From a virus (Duplodnaviria; Caudoviricetes), in the IMG/VR virus record IMGVR_UViG_3300046490_000092, positions 1-39,449 of that record: DNA of 39,449 nt. One strand, 5' to 3'. Of the stretch, positions 25,639-35,463 are shown one piece after another. The notes under the pieces were generated by a model that saw nothing but the letters and a program-made list of their open reading frames with translations, ran no database searches and was not told the origin of the DNA. Position numbers and translations under genes: made by a program. Position 1 is the stretch's first letter, and the number at the start of each line of letters is the position of its first letter.

Positions 25639-25881
25639 CTAGGGTCGTTCCGCTCGACTACCGCAGCGACCGCACGTCGCGAACCACACCTTGCGCCCGC
25701 ACTCGGTGCAGACGAACCCCGATGCCCGGGGCACCCCGCCCTCGGACGCTGGGAAGTACCCGACCTCACGGAGCGCTGTCTCGTGGCTCTTGTCCTCCAC
25801 GTTGAGGATGCGTCCGTGATATCGAGTGTTGCCGACGTCGGCTTCGATACACCCTCGGTCGGGTGCCACGAGCTTGGTCAT
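25639..25881 (-). CDS. small protein with C-terminal Zn ribbon
   Basis: MTKLVAPDRG...CTECG...CGRCG; RBS AGGAG. Confidence 0.7.
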   Translation of the reverse strand: MTKLVAPDRGCIEADVGNTRYHGRILNVEDKSHETALREVGYFPASEGGVPRASGFVCTECGRKVWFATCGRCGSRAERP

Positions 25882-25889
25882 CGGTACTC

Positions 25890-26075
25890 CTAGGTCAGAG
25901 GGGTTGCGGGGGTCTCGCGACCGACGGTGAGTTGCAGCTCTCGGGCGCGGTCGTAGGCTTCGGCCGCCGCTGCGTCCTGGCGGACTGCCGCCATGGCAGC
26001 AGCCGTTGCCAGGTGGACGTTGCGTTCCGCTTGCATGTCCGCGCGCTGCTGCGGCGTGTGAGGGCTGGTCACCAT
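25890..26075 (-). CDS. hypothetical protein (61 aa)
   Basis: MVTSPHTPQQRAD..., TGATG overlap. Confidence 0.55.
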   Translation of the reverse strand: MVTSPHTPQQRADMQAERNVHLATAAAMAAVRQDAAAAEAYDRARELQLTVGRETPATPLT

Positions 26076-26380
26076 CAGGAGATCCGCTCCACGGCGTAGC
26101 CGGTAACCGGATTGACCCGGTACTCCCGCCCGTCGATGGAGACGAACTCTGCACCCAGACGGTGCTGGATGAACGCGTAGGGGTCCGCTTCGTCGAAGAC
26201 CGCGGGGTCGGCTGCGGCCTCGGCGCGCATGTCGGCCTCGGCCTCGGTGCACGCCTGAATGATGTCGGTGAGCCTGGCGGCCTCGTCGACCTCCAGACCG
26301 AGATGTTCCGCATACTTGGACCACGCGACGCGTCCCGAACCCACACCCGACAGCGGGGGGCGGACGATGTTCTCTGCCAT
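26075..26380 (-). CDS. hypothetical protein with HeH/LEM-like motif, after the capsid gene
   Basis: RPPLSGVGSGRVAWSKYAEHLGLEV...DII; RBS GGAGG. Confidence 0.7.
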   Translation of the reverse strand: MAENIVRPPLSGVGSGRVAWSKYAEHLGLEVDEAARLTDIIQACTEAEADMRAEAAADPAVFDEADPYAFIQHRLGAEFVSIDGREYRVNPVTGYAVERIS

Positions 26381-26403
26381 GGTTCCTCCGGGATGGATGT
26401 GGG

Positions 26404-26470
26404 CCGGGTGCCCCGACGATGTGGATGCCGCACCCAGGTTCCCTTCGCGCAGGCGGATCGGTTGCGCGAA
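26404..26470 (-). terminator. tandem hairpins after the major capsid gene (terminator/mRNA stabiliser)
   Basis: TTCGCGCA/TGCGCGAA (26444-26470) and GGGTGC/GCACCC stems; no U-tract. Confidence 0.45.
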
Positions 26471-26480
26471 CCCGTTCAGA

Positions 26481-28193
26481 TCACTTGCGGACGATGCCGG
26501 TCAAGCATCCGTTCCAGGCAGCCGCGTAGCAGAGGAACGTCCCGTACCAGTAGGACGATGCCTCGTACGCGAGCTGGAGCACTGGCCACTCCAGGCTCAT
26601 GTAGTCCTGGACGTTGAAGGCCTTCCAGACGTCCGAAACCTCGGAGTTCTGGAGCGGAAGTTGCCAGGAGATGATCGGGCTGATGCCCTGCGGGATCCAG
26701 GGGTGAACGGTGAAGTCCACCATCTTGCCCGTGACCTCGTTCTGCAGCCCAGTGACCACGGCACCGATGGTCGCACTGTGCTCCTGCTCGATGGTGATGC
26801 GGTACGAGCTGGAGTTGCTGTTGAGCTTGATGAGGTCCGACATCTGCTTGCGGTCGCCGCCGTAGAGGAAGATCTCGTCGGGATCGGCCTTGACGCTGTC
26901 GTACAGCGAGACGAACACCTGGTTGTAGTCGTCGCCCGGGTTGGACGAGAACGTACTGCCCAGGTGCCGGACGTAGCCCGCCTGCGACGGGTTGGAGCAG
27001 ATGGTGAGCAGGCCGTCGTAGTCCAGCGCGCTGGAGTCGGTCGCCGAGGCGGGCGGGTTGGAGCCCGCGATCGGCGCGCCGCCAGTGCCACCACCGGTGA
27101 AGTTGATGGTCACCGCACCAGCAGTACCGGACGCCACGACCAGCGTGCCGATGCCGTTGCCGAACTTGGCGGCTTGAATGCCAGAGGCACCGGCTGCGAT
27201 CGTCAGGTCCGCGGTCCAGACGGAAGCCGCCGCGTTGACGGTACCGGCGTAGACCTTGTACTGCTGCGCACCCGTGACCAGGGTGGTGAGCTGGACGTCC
27301 ACGACCTTGCCGGTCGCGGCGCTCATGCCCGTGGTGTTCGCCGAGCCCGCGACCGTCTCGCCGAAGGCGGTGGCCGCCGTGACGTAGACGTACAACGTCG
27401 CGATGTTCGCGGTGTTGCCGGTCTCACCTGTGGTGGCGTTCCGAACGGTGAGGGTCGGCGTACCGGGGGTGGTGAGCGCGCCAGCGAACCCGGCCGCGGT
27501 ACCGCGACCACCGAGCAAGAGGCGCTCCTCCATCAGGAGCGAGGACCACAGCAGTGCGGAACGGTCGGTCGCCCGGATGTCCTGGAACCCCTGACCGGAG
27601 AACTGCGCCGAGAAGGGAACCGAGCTGGACAGACCGAACTGCAGGTAGGGCACACTGGCCTCGTCACCCGCGTACGAGATCTTCGCACCACGGATGAAGT
27701 TGAGCGAGCCGAATGTGGTAGTGGTCGAGTCGGTCAGGCCGGGTCGGATGTTGCCGACACCGCCGGTACCGGTACCGGTGTGACCGGTGATCCTCTTGTA
27801 CCGGTGCGCCGTGCCGACACCCCTGCCACGCGGGATCCGATTGCGGAGCGGCGTGAGACGCGGGGCCAGCAGCTTGGCCGGAGCCTCCAGGTCGTAGGCC
27901 ACGTAGCCAGTCGACAGCGGCGAAGTCAGCGTCAGGTCCTTGACGACGTCGGCCGTCATGCCCATCGCCGCGCCGATCGACTCCAGGACGTCGGCGGACA
28001 CCGACTTGGAGAGGGTCTGGAGAGCGGCGGTCTTCGGGTCGATGTTCTGGGCCGCCAGCCCGCCGCGCATCTCGGCGAACTTCTGGGTGATGTCGGTCGG
28101 AGCATCCATGAGGGTCTGGAACGACTTGTAGCGGTCCGCGCGATCCTCGGCAGTCGAGGCGTCAGCGAACATCTCCTTGGTGTTGATTGCCAT
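26481..28193 (-). CDS. major capsid protein (570 aa) with an internal Ig/FN3-like insertion
   Basis: Follows the protease/scaffold; very high GC3; LEAPAKLL..TPLRNRIPR, VHPWIPQG and YGTFLCYA motifs. Confidence 0.88.
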   Translation of the reverse strand: MAINTKEMFADASTAEDRADRYKSFQTLMDAPTDITQKFAEMRGGLAAQNIDPKTAALQTLSKSVSADVLESIGAAMGMTADVVKDLTLTSPLSTGYVAYDLEAPAKLLAPRLTPLRNRIPRGRGVGTAHRYKRITGHTGTGTGGVGNIRPGLTDSTTTTFGSLNFIRGAKISYAGDEASVPYLQFGLSSSVPFSAQFSGQGFQDIRATDRSALLWSSLLMEERLLLGGRGTAAGFAGALTTPGTPTLTVRNATTGETGNTANIATLYVYVTAATAFGETVAGSANTTGMSAATGKVVDVQLTTLVTGAQQYKVYAGTVNAAASVWTADLTIAAGASGIQAAKFGNGIGTLVVASGTAGAVTINFTGGGTGGAPIAGSNPPASATDSSALDYDGLLTICSNPSQAGYVRHLGSTFSSNPGDDYNQVFVSLYDSVKADPDEIFLYGGDRKQMSDLIKLNSNSSSYRITIEQEHSATIGAVVTGLQNEVTGKMVDFTVHPWIPQGISPIISWQLPLQNSEVSDVWKAFNVQDYMSLEWPVLQLAYEASSYWYGTFLCYAAAWNGCLTGIVRK

Positions 28194-28209
28194 GATGGTG
28201 CTCTTCTCC

Positions 28210-29520
28210 TTACGAAGTCAACTGGGAGTACTGGACGCGAAGCTCGGCAGCGCGCTTCCGGTAGATGGTGGCGACTTCGACGTCGCCCACCGTCTTGGAC
28301 AGCGCGTCGAGCTGCGCGATCTCGGTGAGCAGCTCGTCCCCGTGGTTCGATCGAATGCGAGCATCCGAGGGACGAGTTCGGGCGGGACCGCCCGGGACCG
28401 GGGCTTTCTCCAAAACTTCCAATCGCTGCATGAACGGCGCGAGCGCCGTGTCGAGCACCTCTGCGATGGACTTCGTCAGACCGGCCTTGTTCAGCACGCC
28501 GACCGAGCCACGCCCCGATGCGGGGGGTAGTTCAGGCTCGACGGCCTTGATGGACTTGACGGCAGCGAGCGCCGCCTTCATGACTAGATCGGCGTGATCG
28601 GCCTTGTGGCCGTCCGACCAGCCAGCCGGGATCGCAGCCGACAGTCCCATGGCGCGGGCCCGCTCCATGATGTGTCGACGTGCGGCCTCGGGATTCTTGG
28701 CATTCCCCGCGAGACGGATCGCGTTGTGCAGATCCTCCTCGTTGTGGATGGGGAAACTGCCGTCCGACATCGCCGCGCCCGAAGACGCAGCCTCTCGACG
28801 CTGGGCGACACTGAACTGGCGCTTCACGATCTCCTCGTGATCGTTCTGGAGACCCTCGGCGATCCAAGACTTCACGAGGTACGCCGCGTCAGCCGCGACG
28901 TCGTCCTCGTCGTTCGAGTCCGAGGAGTCCGCTTTCTCCGCCGGATCCATTTCCACCGGCTCCGGCCCGTCCTCCTCGGACGGCTGGGGGTCCTGCTCGT
29001 GCAGCTCCTCCGTCTTGACCAGCATCCGCGCGGCGTCCAGCAGATCACCCTTGACGGTGACCCCCGGAGTCGCGGCCTTGGCCAACGTGAGCGTGCAGTT
29101 CGGGTTGGCGGGCCGATCGACCAAAGAGACCTCGACGATCTTGCCGTCGACGATCCGGCCCCCGATGGCCTTGTTGTCCTTGACCACCCGCGCGCCTCGA
29201 ATACCGATGCTGAAGCCCTTGAGGACTTGGTCCTTGACCTTCTGCACCGACACCGGGTCGACCACGTGAGCGACGATGCGGTGACCGGCTTCGCCGATCA
29301 GCTCCAGCTCCGTCGCCACACCTGCGGCCTTGGCCCCGTGCATCTCGCGGATGTTGCCCCACTTGAACCAGTCCGGGACCGCAGTCTTGAGCCACCCCGC
29401 GTCAGCGACCTGGAGGTCCGCGTCCTCGGTCTCGTCCGAGACCAGGCCAGTCACCATCAGGCTTCCGTCGTCGAGTTCCGCTGACTTCTCGATCAGCGCG
29501 AACAGCGTTGCGTCACTCAT
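28210..29520 (-). CDS. HK97-type prohead protease fused to a helical domain and scaffold region
   Basis: IREMH, GFSIG and EVSLVDRPANP protease motifs; central GSFPIHNEEDLHNAI domain; C-terminal coiled coil. Confidence 0.88.
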   Translation of the reverse strand: MSDATLFALIEKSAELDDGSLMVTGLVSDETEDADLQVADAGWLKTAVPDWFKWGNIREMHGAKAAGVATELELIGEAGHRIVAHVVDPVSVQKVKDQVLKGFSIGIRGARVVKDNKAIGGRIVDGKIVEVSLVDRPANPNCTLTLAKAATPGVTVKGDLLDAARMLVKTEELHEQDPQPSEEDGPEPVEMDPAEKADSSDSNDEDDVAADAAYLVKSWIAEGLQNDHEEIVKRQFSVAQRREAASSGAAMSDGSFPIHNEEDLHNAIRLAGNAKNPEAARRHIMERARAMGLSAAIPAGWSDGHKADHADLVMKAALAAVKSIKAVEPELPPASGRGSVGVLNKAGLTKSIAEVLDTALAPFMQRLEVLEKAPVPGGPARTRPSDARIRSNHGDELLTEIAQLDALSKTVGDVEVATIYRKRAAELRVQYSQLTS

Positions 29521-31549
29521 CTGCGTTCTCCAGATCGGCCAGCGGGTCGAGGCTCAACACGGCAACAGCCGCATCGTACTTGTCGTCCCAAAGCAGGCTC
29601 ATGGCCGCCTTGGCGAGGTACTCGGGATGATGATGAAACTCGAAGTCGCGCCAGTTGTTATTGCGATCTGGATCGCGGCGACGGTTGCGGATGTAGGTCT
29701 TGAACGCCTTGACTTCGGCCGCCTTGACTTCGGCCGCCTTGTTGTTGCGGGCATTGTCGAGGGTAATGGACGTCGTAGAGGTTGCGGTGCGGGCCCGAGT
29801 GGGCTTGCCCTGTGCCCCCGGCTGGTCAGTGGATGGCTTCTCGCCCGGCTTGCGGACCGATCCGCCGGGGCCTGGCGCAGGTGGCTGGAGAACCACGTTG
29901 GCACGGTCTACCGCGCCTTCCAGCGGGATGACATCGCGACCGGTGACGATGAATGGGATGTCGGCTTCCGGAATGTCGTAGCGAGGGAGCCCCTGCTTGT
30001 CGCGCATCTCGTTGACAGTAGTGCCACCAACCTTGAACCGGTTGGCGTCCGTCTCGCTGGCCATCTTCTCGTCTTCGGATTCCAGTCCCAGGAACTGGAA
30101 TCCGAGGTCGCCAGACATCCCCATCCAGTGGCAGGAGACCCCGTCGATGACGGAGCTGAGCCACTGCGACATCGGGAGCGTGGCCTTGCGGTAGGTGATG
30201 TTCTCCTCGGCTTCGCCGAAGCCCTTACCGCCCAGACCGCCGGTAGGGGGGAATCCCAGCTCCGAAGGCATCACGTCGAAACCGAGCGCGATCATCCGGA
30301 TCAGGAACAGGTCCAACTCTGGGCGGTACCGCTGCTCGAAGTTGTTCGGGAATACCGGGGTGAAACCTGCCGGGAGGATCTTGGCGCGGTGGCGCTCGCT
30401 GGTCATGCCGGAGAGCGCGTCATTGAGGATGCGCTCATAGGCCAGCAGATATTCTGGGGTCATCGGAGAATCCGTAGTGACGAACATTTCCGGCACGACA
30501 CCCGAGGTATACTCCGCCCGGATCCATTCCTGGCGACGCATGTAGATGTCGACGTCGACAATCACCTGCTCGACGTTCGAGTATCCGTAGGGTGAGCTAG
30601 CGCGCCGGAACCGCGGACGGTAAATCAACGCGTTCTTGTCGTACTCGCCGTCCGCACCCCCACACGCTGTGAACTCCCCGCGCGGGAACCCATGTAGGAT
30701 CTGCTGGTACGCCGGATCGGGCGGTTGCGGTGTCGCTCCACGGTGATCGAGCAAAGGCTTGATGGTGTCCCCTGCAATGACCTCCAGAGCGGCGAGCGTG
30801 CCGTTGCGGGCCGGATGCGGGTACAGCGTCAGAGCATCCAGAACGAAATGCTCTTCCAGAACCGCGTTGATCCAGTCTGCGAAGTCCCATTCGTTCAGAG
30901 GGTCCGGCATCTTCCACCAGTCCTGCAACCTGGCGATGCCGTCCGCGTTCTTCTCCCGGATCGTCTGCTCGATTCGCTGGCGAGTCTTGCTTGCCTTCAG
31001 GTCGGACTTGGCCTGCGGGTCGCCTTGAGCGGCCTTAACCGCGAGCTGGCGATCCGCCTTCGAGTTCGAGGAGAGCATCGCGCGCTGGATCGCCCGGGGG
31101 GACACCCCGAAGGTCCAATCGAGAGCCACCACTTCAGCCTTGCGCACTTCGATGCAGCGACGCACGAGCGACGTGTTGGCGATGCGCCGGAGCACGGTCC
31201 AGGGAACCTCCCGGTCGGTGACCCCCGGAAGGTTCCACGAGACCATGTACTCGGACCGACGAGGTGCAACCGTGCCAGTCTTCGGATCCGGCGGGTCGAT
31301 CGGATACGGCGTGATCGGCATCCCCGGCCCGAAGGGAACCAGGGGATCAGCCCAACCAAGCGACCCGCGCGTCCCGCGGGGGCTCATCCCGTTCTGCGCC
31401 GCTGCGATCTGCGCCGGAGTCATGGTCTGGGTGCGGGTGCCGGGTGGGATGCGGTCGAGAAGGGCCTTGGCCAACTCGTCGTAGTCGATCCCGGCCGGGG
31501 TGGATGGGCGCACCCGGGGGAGTTCACCTCTGGTAGAACGGCGGCCCAT
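29513..31549 (-). CDS. portal protein
   Basis: Between TerL and protease; YRPR..SPYGYSNVE, FDVMPSELG and TVNEMRDKQGLP portal motifs. Confidence 0.92.
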   Translation of the reverse strand: MGRRSTRGELPRVRPSTPAGIDYDELAKALLDRIPPGTRTQTMTPAQIAAAQNGMSPRGTRGSLGWADPLVPFGPGMPITPYPIDPPDPKTGTVAPRRSEYMVSWNLPGVTDREVPWTVLRRIANTSLVRRCIEVRKAEVVALDWTFGVSPRAIQRAMLSSNSKADRQLAVKAAQGDPQAKSDLKASKTRQRIEQTIREKNADGIARLQDWWKMPDPLNEWDFADWINAVLEEHFVLDALTLYPHPARNGTLAALEVIAGDTIKPLLDHRGATPQPPDPAYQQILHGFPRGEFTACGGADGEYDKNALIYRPRFRRASSPYGYSNVEQVIVDVDIYMRRQEWIRAEYTSGVVPEMFVTTDSPMTPEYLLAYERILNDALSGMTSERHRAKILPAGFTPVFPNNFEQRYRPELDLFLIRMIALGFDVMPSELGFPPTGGLGGKGFGEAEENITYRKATLPMSQWLSSVIDGVSCHWMGMSGDLGFQFLGLESEDEKMASETDANRFKVGGTTVNEMRDKQGLPRYDIPEADIPFIVTGRDVIPLEGAVDRANVVLQPPAPGPGGSVRKPGEKPSTDQPGAQGKPTRARTATSTTSITLDNARNNKAAEVKAAEVKAFKTYIRNRRRDPDRNNNWRDFEFHHHPEYLAKAAMSLLWDDKYDAAVAVLSLDPLADLENADE

Positions 31550-31557
31550 TCAGTACC

Positions 31558-33072
31558 TCACCTGATGCTAGACAGTCCGGGAACCGATACCATGCCCACC
31601 ACACCCGCCGCGCTGATACCGAACTTGTCCTCGCGGAGTTCGGTCAAATCGTGGCCGCAGGAGAAACATGCTATCGCTGCCGAAACATTCGGGATACCAC
31701 ACTTCGGACAGGAGACCGAGATGGCGTTCAAATACTCGATGCCGGACCCGCCACCGAGTTCGGTAAGCGCCCATACCAGAGCGTCAAGGCGGTCCGGCGA
31801 CCAACCAGAATCCGGCGTCCAAGTGCAGAGTTGGTCTTCGAGGTCCAGGAAAGTGCCCACATGCGAGACCCGATTCTTACGGTAAAGAACCGAAATCGGC
31901 TCGGCGCGCACCGCCTTGCCTCGTGATGCGCGAACGAGCTTGACTGGAAGCGTGGATCGCTCATGGTTGAGCGTGGCCTCCACCATCTCGCCACCGTAGT
32001 TCACCTCCGCGATGACCATGTCGGCCTGGACTTCGTCGTACAGCCGCACCACGGCCTTAGCCCACTGATCCGGGCGACCCAGCCGCGAGAAGTCGCGCAG
32101 CACATAGAACCGGTTGTCTCGACCCAAGCCCACCGCGACGATGCCGCATTCATCCGCGCCGTCCTGCGAGGATCCAGCGGGGTCCACGCCGATCACGATG
32201 CGGAAAAGCTCCGGATGCTGACCGACGCGATTCTCGTCGATGTTGGTCTGATCCCAGAGAGCGCCCGGGACGGAGTCCATCGCCGACCAGTCGCCGTCCA
32301 GAAGGGCACGACGCAATCGGCCGTCCGGGAGTGCCCGGAGCTGCTGAACGTACGTCGGGTTGTTCTCCAACAGGATCGGATTGTCGTAGACCGTAGCGGG
32401 AATGAACGCTCGCGACGGATGCCACCCGATGATCTCACCCTCGTCGACGATCGGAGGCGCCCACGACTCGTATGGAACAGGCATTTCCTGACCAGGAGCA
32501 AGATCGGTTGGCCGGGGCTGAACCCAGCGCTTCTTGACCCAGCGAAACCCGCGACCCTCAGGGTTAGCCGTTGCGATGACGTGAGCCCGGTATCCGGCCG
32601 CCGATCGAACGCGCGAGAGCATGAACGTGTATTGCTCTTCAAGGAGTTCCGTCACCTCGTCGAACAGTAGCAGATCGAACTCGGCGGACTTGTATTGCTC
32701 TTGGTCGTTCTCGTTCTGCAACGAGATGAATCGGATCACCGATCGGTTGTCAAATTTCCAAGTCGATTCCGTACGGTTGACCTTGGCAAACCCCTCGGTT
32801 AGCTGGTCGAGGTGCAGCCCGTGCGTCTGCTTGAGACGGGGAAGTGTGCGCCGGACCAGCCCGATGTGTGATCGTGGGTGGCGCAATGCGAACTCCACCG
32901 CGTAACAGCGGAGGAACATCGACTTGCCGCCACCCGCAGCCCCACCGTACAGAAGCTCGAAGACGGACCCCGCGAGATCGGCCGCCCGCTGTTGCTTCGG
33001 GTAAGGACTCCAGACTCGAATCCGTGTCGGTGCGAATGCCTTTAGAGCCTGGCCGAACACTGAGTCGGCCAT
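31558..33072 (-). CDS. terL: terminase large subunit with C-terminal Zn ribbon
   Basis: GGAAGGGKS, LLLFDEVT, ATANP, IGVDPA, PDRLDALVW; CPKCG..CFSCG tail; ATG 33072 with SD GAGGAGG. Confidence 0.95.
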   Translation of the reverse strand: MADSVFGQALKAFAPTRIRVWSPYPKQQRAADLAGSVFELLYGGAAGGGKSMFLRCYAVEFALRHPRSHIGLVRRTLPRLKQTHGLHLDQLTEGFAKVNRTESTWKFDNRSVIRFISLQNENDQEQYKSAEFDLLLFDEVTELLEEQYTFMLSRVRSAAGYRAHVIATANPEGRGFRWVKKRWVQPRPTDLAPGQEMPVPYESWAPPIVDEGEIIGWHPSRAFIPATVYDNPILLENNPTYVQQLRALPDGRLRRALLDGDWSAMDSVPGALWDQTNIDENRVGQHPELFRIVIGVDPAGSSQDGADECGIVAVGLGRDNRFYVLRDFSRLGRPDQWAKAVVRLYDEVQADMVIAEVNYGGEMVEATLNHERSTLPVKLVRASRGKAVRAEPISVLYRKNRVSHVGTFLDLEDQLCTWTPDSGWSPDRLDALVWALTELGGGSGIEYLNAISVSCPKCGIPNVSAAIACFSCGHDLTELREDKFGISAAGVVGMVSVPGLSSIR

Positions 33073-33078
33073 AGTAAC

Positions 33079-33158
33079 CTCCTCGTTGGAGGCGCCGATT
33101 GCGACGCAGGTGGCGGAACCTAGGACGCCACACGGGACCACCCACCCCCAACGAGGAA
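33079..33158 (-). promoter_or_regulatory. RBS-sequestering RNA stem upstream of terL
   Basis: 16-bp stem UUCCUCGUUGGGGGUG / CGCCUCCAACGAGGAG covers the SD; inner hairpin GUGGCG/CGCCAC. Confidence 0.65.
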
Positions 33159-33160
33159 GA

Positions 33161-33481
33161 TCAGAACACCGTTAGGACGTCGATCGGCTCCGTTGGCACC
33201 TCGGGGTTGTCAGCGATCTTGATCCAGACGGCGTACGCACCCTTGGTCAAGATCACCGTGCCGACCGGACCCAGGAGGACGCGAGCAACGTACCGAGATG
33301 GCGGACCCGCCTCGACCTCCCAGGATCCCGACTTGAAATCACTCAGGGTTGGGTCTACTCCAGGCGCCATGAACGCGAACGTTACCGTGGTCGAAGTGGG
33401 GTTGTAGGGCAGTCCATCCTTGGTGGCCCCGACGTAGTACCGAAGATACCGAGTCGTCAAGGCCGCGCGACGCGTTGCCAT
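33161..33481 (-). CDS. small Ig-like virion protein (BppU-N-like adaptor)
   Basis: All-beta 106 aa: PYNPTSTTVTFAF...GAYAVWIKIADNPEVP. Confidence 0.65.
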   Translation of the reverse strand: MATRRAALTTRYLRYYVGATKDGLPYNPTSTTVTFAFMAPGVDPTLSDFKSGSWEVEAGPPSRYVARVLLGPVGTVILTKGAYAVWIKIADNPEVPTEPIDVLTVF

Positions 33482-33484
33482 CCG

Positions 33485-35425
33485 TCATCCTCCAGCGAAC
33501 CCGAAAACCCAGTTGTCGTTGTCATCGTCAAGTTGCCAGTTGTCCGCCGTATATCCGAACAGCCATGAATCCTTGGAGGCTGTGGAGATCGTATACACGA
33601 TGTCGTCGACTACCTGAATGACCGGCACGAATATCCGCCCTCTACCCAGACGCGACTTGATGCCTTCCATGCGCCGGGTCCGCACCCATCGCGGAATGAA
33701 CACCGGAGCGATGGGGTTGTTCCAAGCCGATCGACCGGTAACCCTGCCCCGGCGCAGCGCCATCCCCTCCCGGAACGACGACTCCACACGACCGCGAGGT
33801 ACCAGCGTCGGGTTGATATATCCCGATGAAGGAACCACCACAGCCGAGGACCCTCGCCGAGGGATCCCGCGACGACGTGCCGGGGCGGGGGCACCGACGG
33901 GCGCGGCGGGCGGTGTGGTCTTCACGGTGAAAGACGGGCGGGTCCTCCGTGACGCCATCGGCAGGATCGGTCCCCGGCGCCCAGCGCGAGGCAGCGGGGT
34001 GTCCGGCAGCGTGTTTGCGGTCATTCGGCGTCGAACCGTAGGCATCCGACGTGCGGTGACCCGTTCGGCGACCACGAAGTCCTGCGCATTCGGAGCTGCT
34101 GCGAACGTCGATCTACGACGCAAAACTCCGAGCCGTTGTCTGCGCAACGTCACCGACACTAGGGGAGGCGCAATCCCGACACCTTGCGCAAGCACTCCCG
34201 CGGTGCGTTTGCGGGACAAGCTGGCGGGTAGGACCGCCCTAGAACGGCGAGTGGTGGAAACCAGGGCGGGCGGCAATGGCGCAGTCGCCTGCGGCCACCC
34301 CGGCTCGTACCTCCTGACAATCCGCCGGAAGTTGGTGGCCCTACGCAGGATCGTGGACCACGGCTTGGGGTAATCCGGCTGGAAAGGCGCGAAGGCGCGG
34401 AGCGATTCACCCGGTTTGCGCCGTGCGTACCGCGGAATGCCGACCCGCAACGACTGCGCAACGTACTTGACAGGATACGGTGGTGGCGTCACGGTCTGCG
34501 GCTTCGGAGGCGGGAACTCGTGACCTCGACGCACCGCGGGCCGGGAGATCAGCCGTCGCCCAGACGACAGGTTGCTGCGGAAATCCGGAGGTACGACGAT
34601 CTGAGTGGCGACGAGCTTCTGCGGCGCAGGACGCTTCTTGAACAGGGACACGGAAGCCTTGACGGCTCGCGTAGAAGCAGCCGCGGACGGAGTCACCAGA
34701 ACCTTGGGAGCGGGGGCTGGCGGCACGCGCAAGATTCGCCGCACTGCTGGCACTATGAGCTTTCGACGAGCCGGAGTCCGGGGAAAGTCGAAATCGATGA
34801 ACGTACCATCCGTGAACTGCACGTCGCTGAAGTCCACCTGCTCGCCGGTGGCTCCGCTCGTGATCACGTGCAGTGTGGAGAACCCGGCGGCATTGGCGGG
34901 GGTGGTGCTATCAGCCGCAGTGACCGTTGAGCTGCTAGGTCGGATGCTGGACACAGCCCAGATCCGACAATCCAGGTTGACCGTGCCAGTACCCAGGGCT
35001 GAGAACTCGATCCAGTACTGGGTTCCCGTTGTGAACGTGAACGCAGACGTGGCGAGCGTGGGGTACGTCCCACCACGCCCGGTTATCAGGTTTACACCCG
35101 AATGCGCTGGTATCTGGATGAAGTATCCAGTGAGGTTAGCCGCCGTACCTGAAGCCTCCCGGAGCCAAAACTCCAGGTTACCGTTCGCGCCACCAGTAGT
35201 CTGGAACGTGAACTTCATCTTCATGGCACAGTTGGGACCCACCGCCGCATTGTGCTGCATCGTGGACTGTGTGGAACCCGTACCCGGATTCAAACGACCC
35301 TGACCGCTCTGGATCGTGATCGACTGACCGGTACCGACCTGGGAGTTCTGCCACGTGCCGATGGTAGTGTTCCACGCGGATCCGTTGGATCCGGGGAATC
35401 GACTGGCCAGGAAGATCGAGGTCAC
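33485..35425 (-). CDS. N-terminal lectin-like beta-sandwich + long Arg/Pro-rich periodic region + acidic/Trp C-terminus
   Basis: GTG 35425 with RBS GGAGG; uninterrupted frame in operon orientation, tightly flanked by neighbours. Confidence 0.75.
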   Translation of the reverse strand: MTSIFLASRFPGSNGSAWNTTIGTWQNSQVGTGQSITIQSGQGRLNPGTGSTQSTMQHNAAVGPNCAMKMKFTFQTTGGANGNLEFWLREASGTAANLTGYFIQIPAHSGVNLITGRGGTYPTLATSAFTFTTGTQYWIEFSALGTGTVNLDCRIWAVSSIRPSSSTVTAADSTTPANAAGFSTLHVITSGATGEQVDFSDVQFTDGTFIDFDFPRTPARRKLIVPAVRRILRVPPAPAPKVLVTPSAAASTRAVKASVSLFKKRPAPQKLVATQIVVPPDFRSNLSSGRRLISRPAVRRGHEFPPPKPQTVTPPPYPVKYVAQSLRVGIPRYARRKPGESLRAFAPFQPDYPKPWSTILRRATNFRRIVRRYEPGWPQATAPLPPALVSTTRRSRAVLPASLSRKRTAGVLAQGVGIAPPLVSVTLRRQRLGVLRRRSTFAAAPNAQDFVVAERVTARRMPTVRRRMTANTLPDTPLPRAGRRGPILPMASRRTRPSFTVKTTPPAAPVGAPAPARRRGIPRRGSSAVVVPSSGYINPTLVPRGRVESSFREGMALRRGRVTGRSAWNNPIAPVFIPRWVRTRRMEGIKSRLGRGRIFVPVIQVVDDIVYTISTASKDSWLFGYTADNWQLDDDNDNWVFGFAGG

Positions 35426-35463
35426 GGCCACCCTCCGGCGCAGTGGTGTTTCAGAGCGATGTG

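Noticed and set aside
26259-28328. 689-aa plus-strand ORF and other long antisense ORFs (29330..30595, 30725..31885, 28594..29484, 2792..3769, 6978..8021, 17023..17967)
   Set aside because: Shadow frames opposite well-supported high-GC3 genes; no motifs or RBS.
29706-29741. 15-bp tandem repeat GCCTTGACTTCGGCC in the portal gene
   Set aside because: Short in-frame duplication (KAAEV twice) in a linker; no sign of a separate function.
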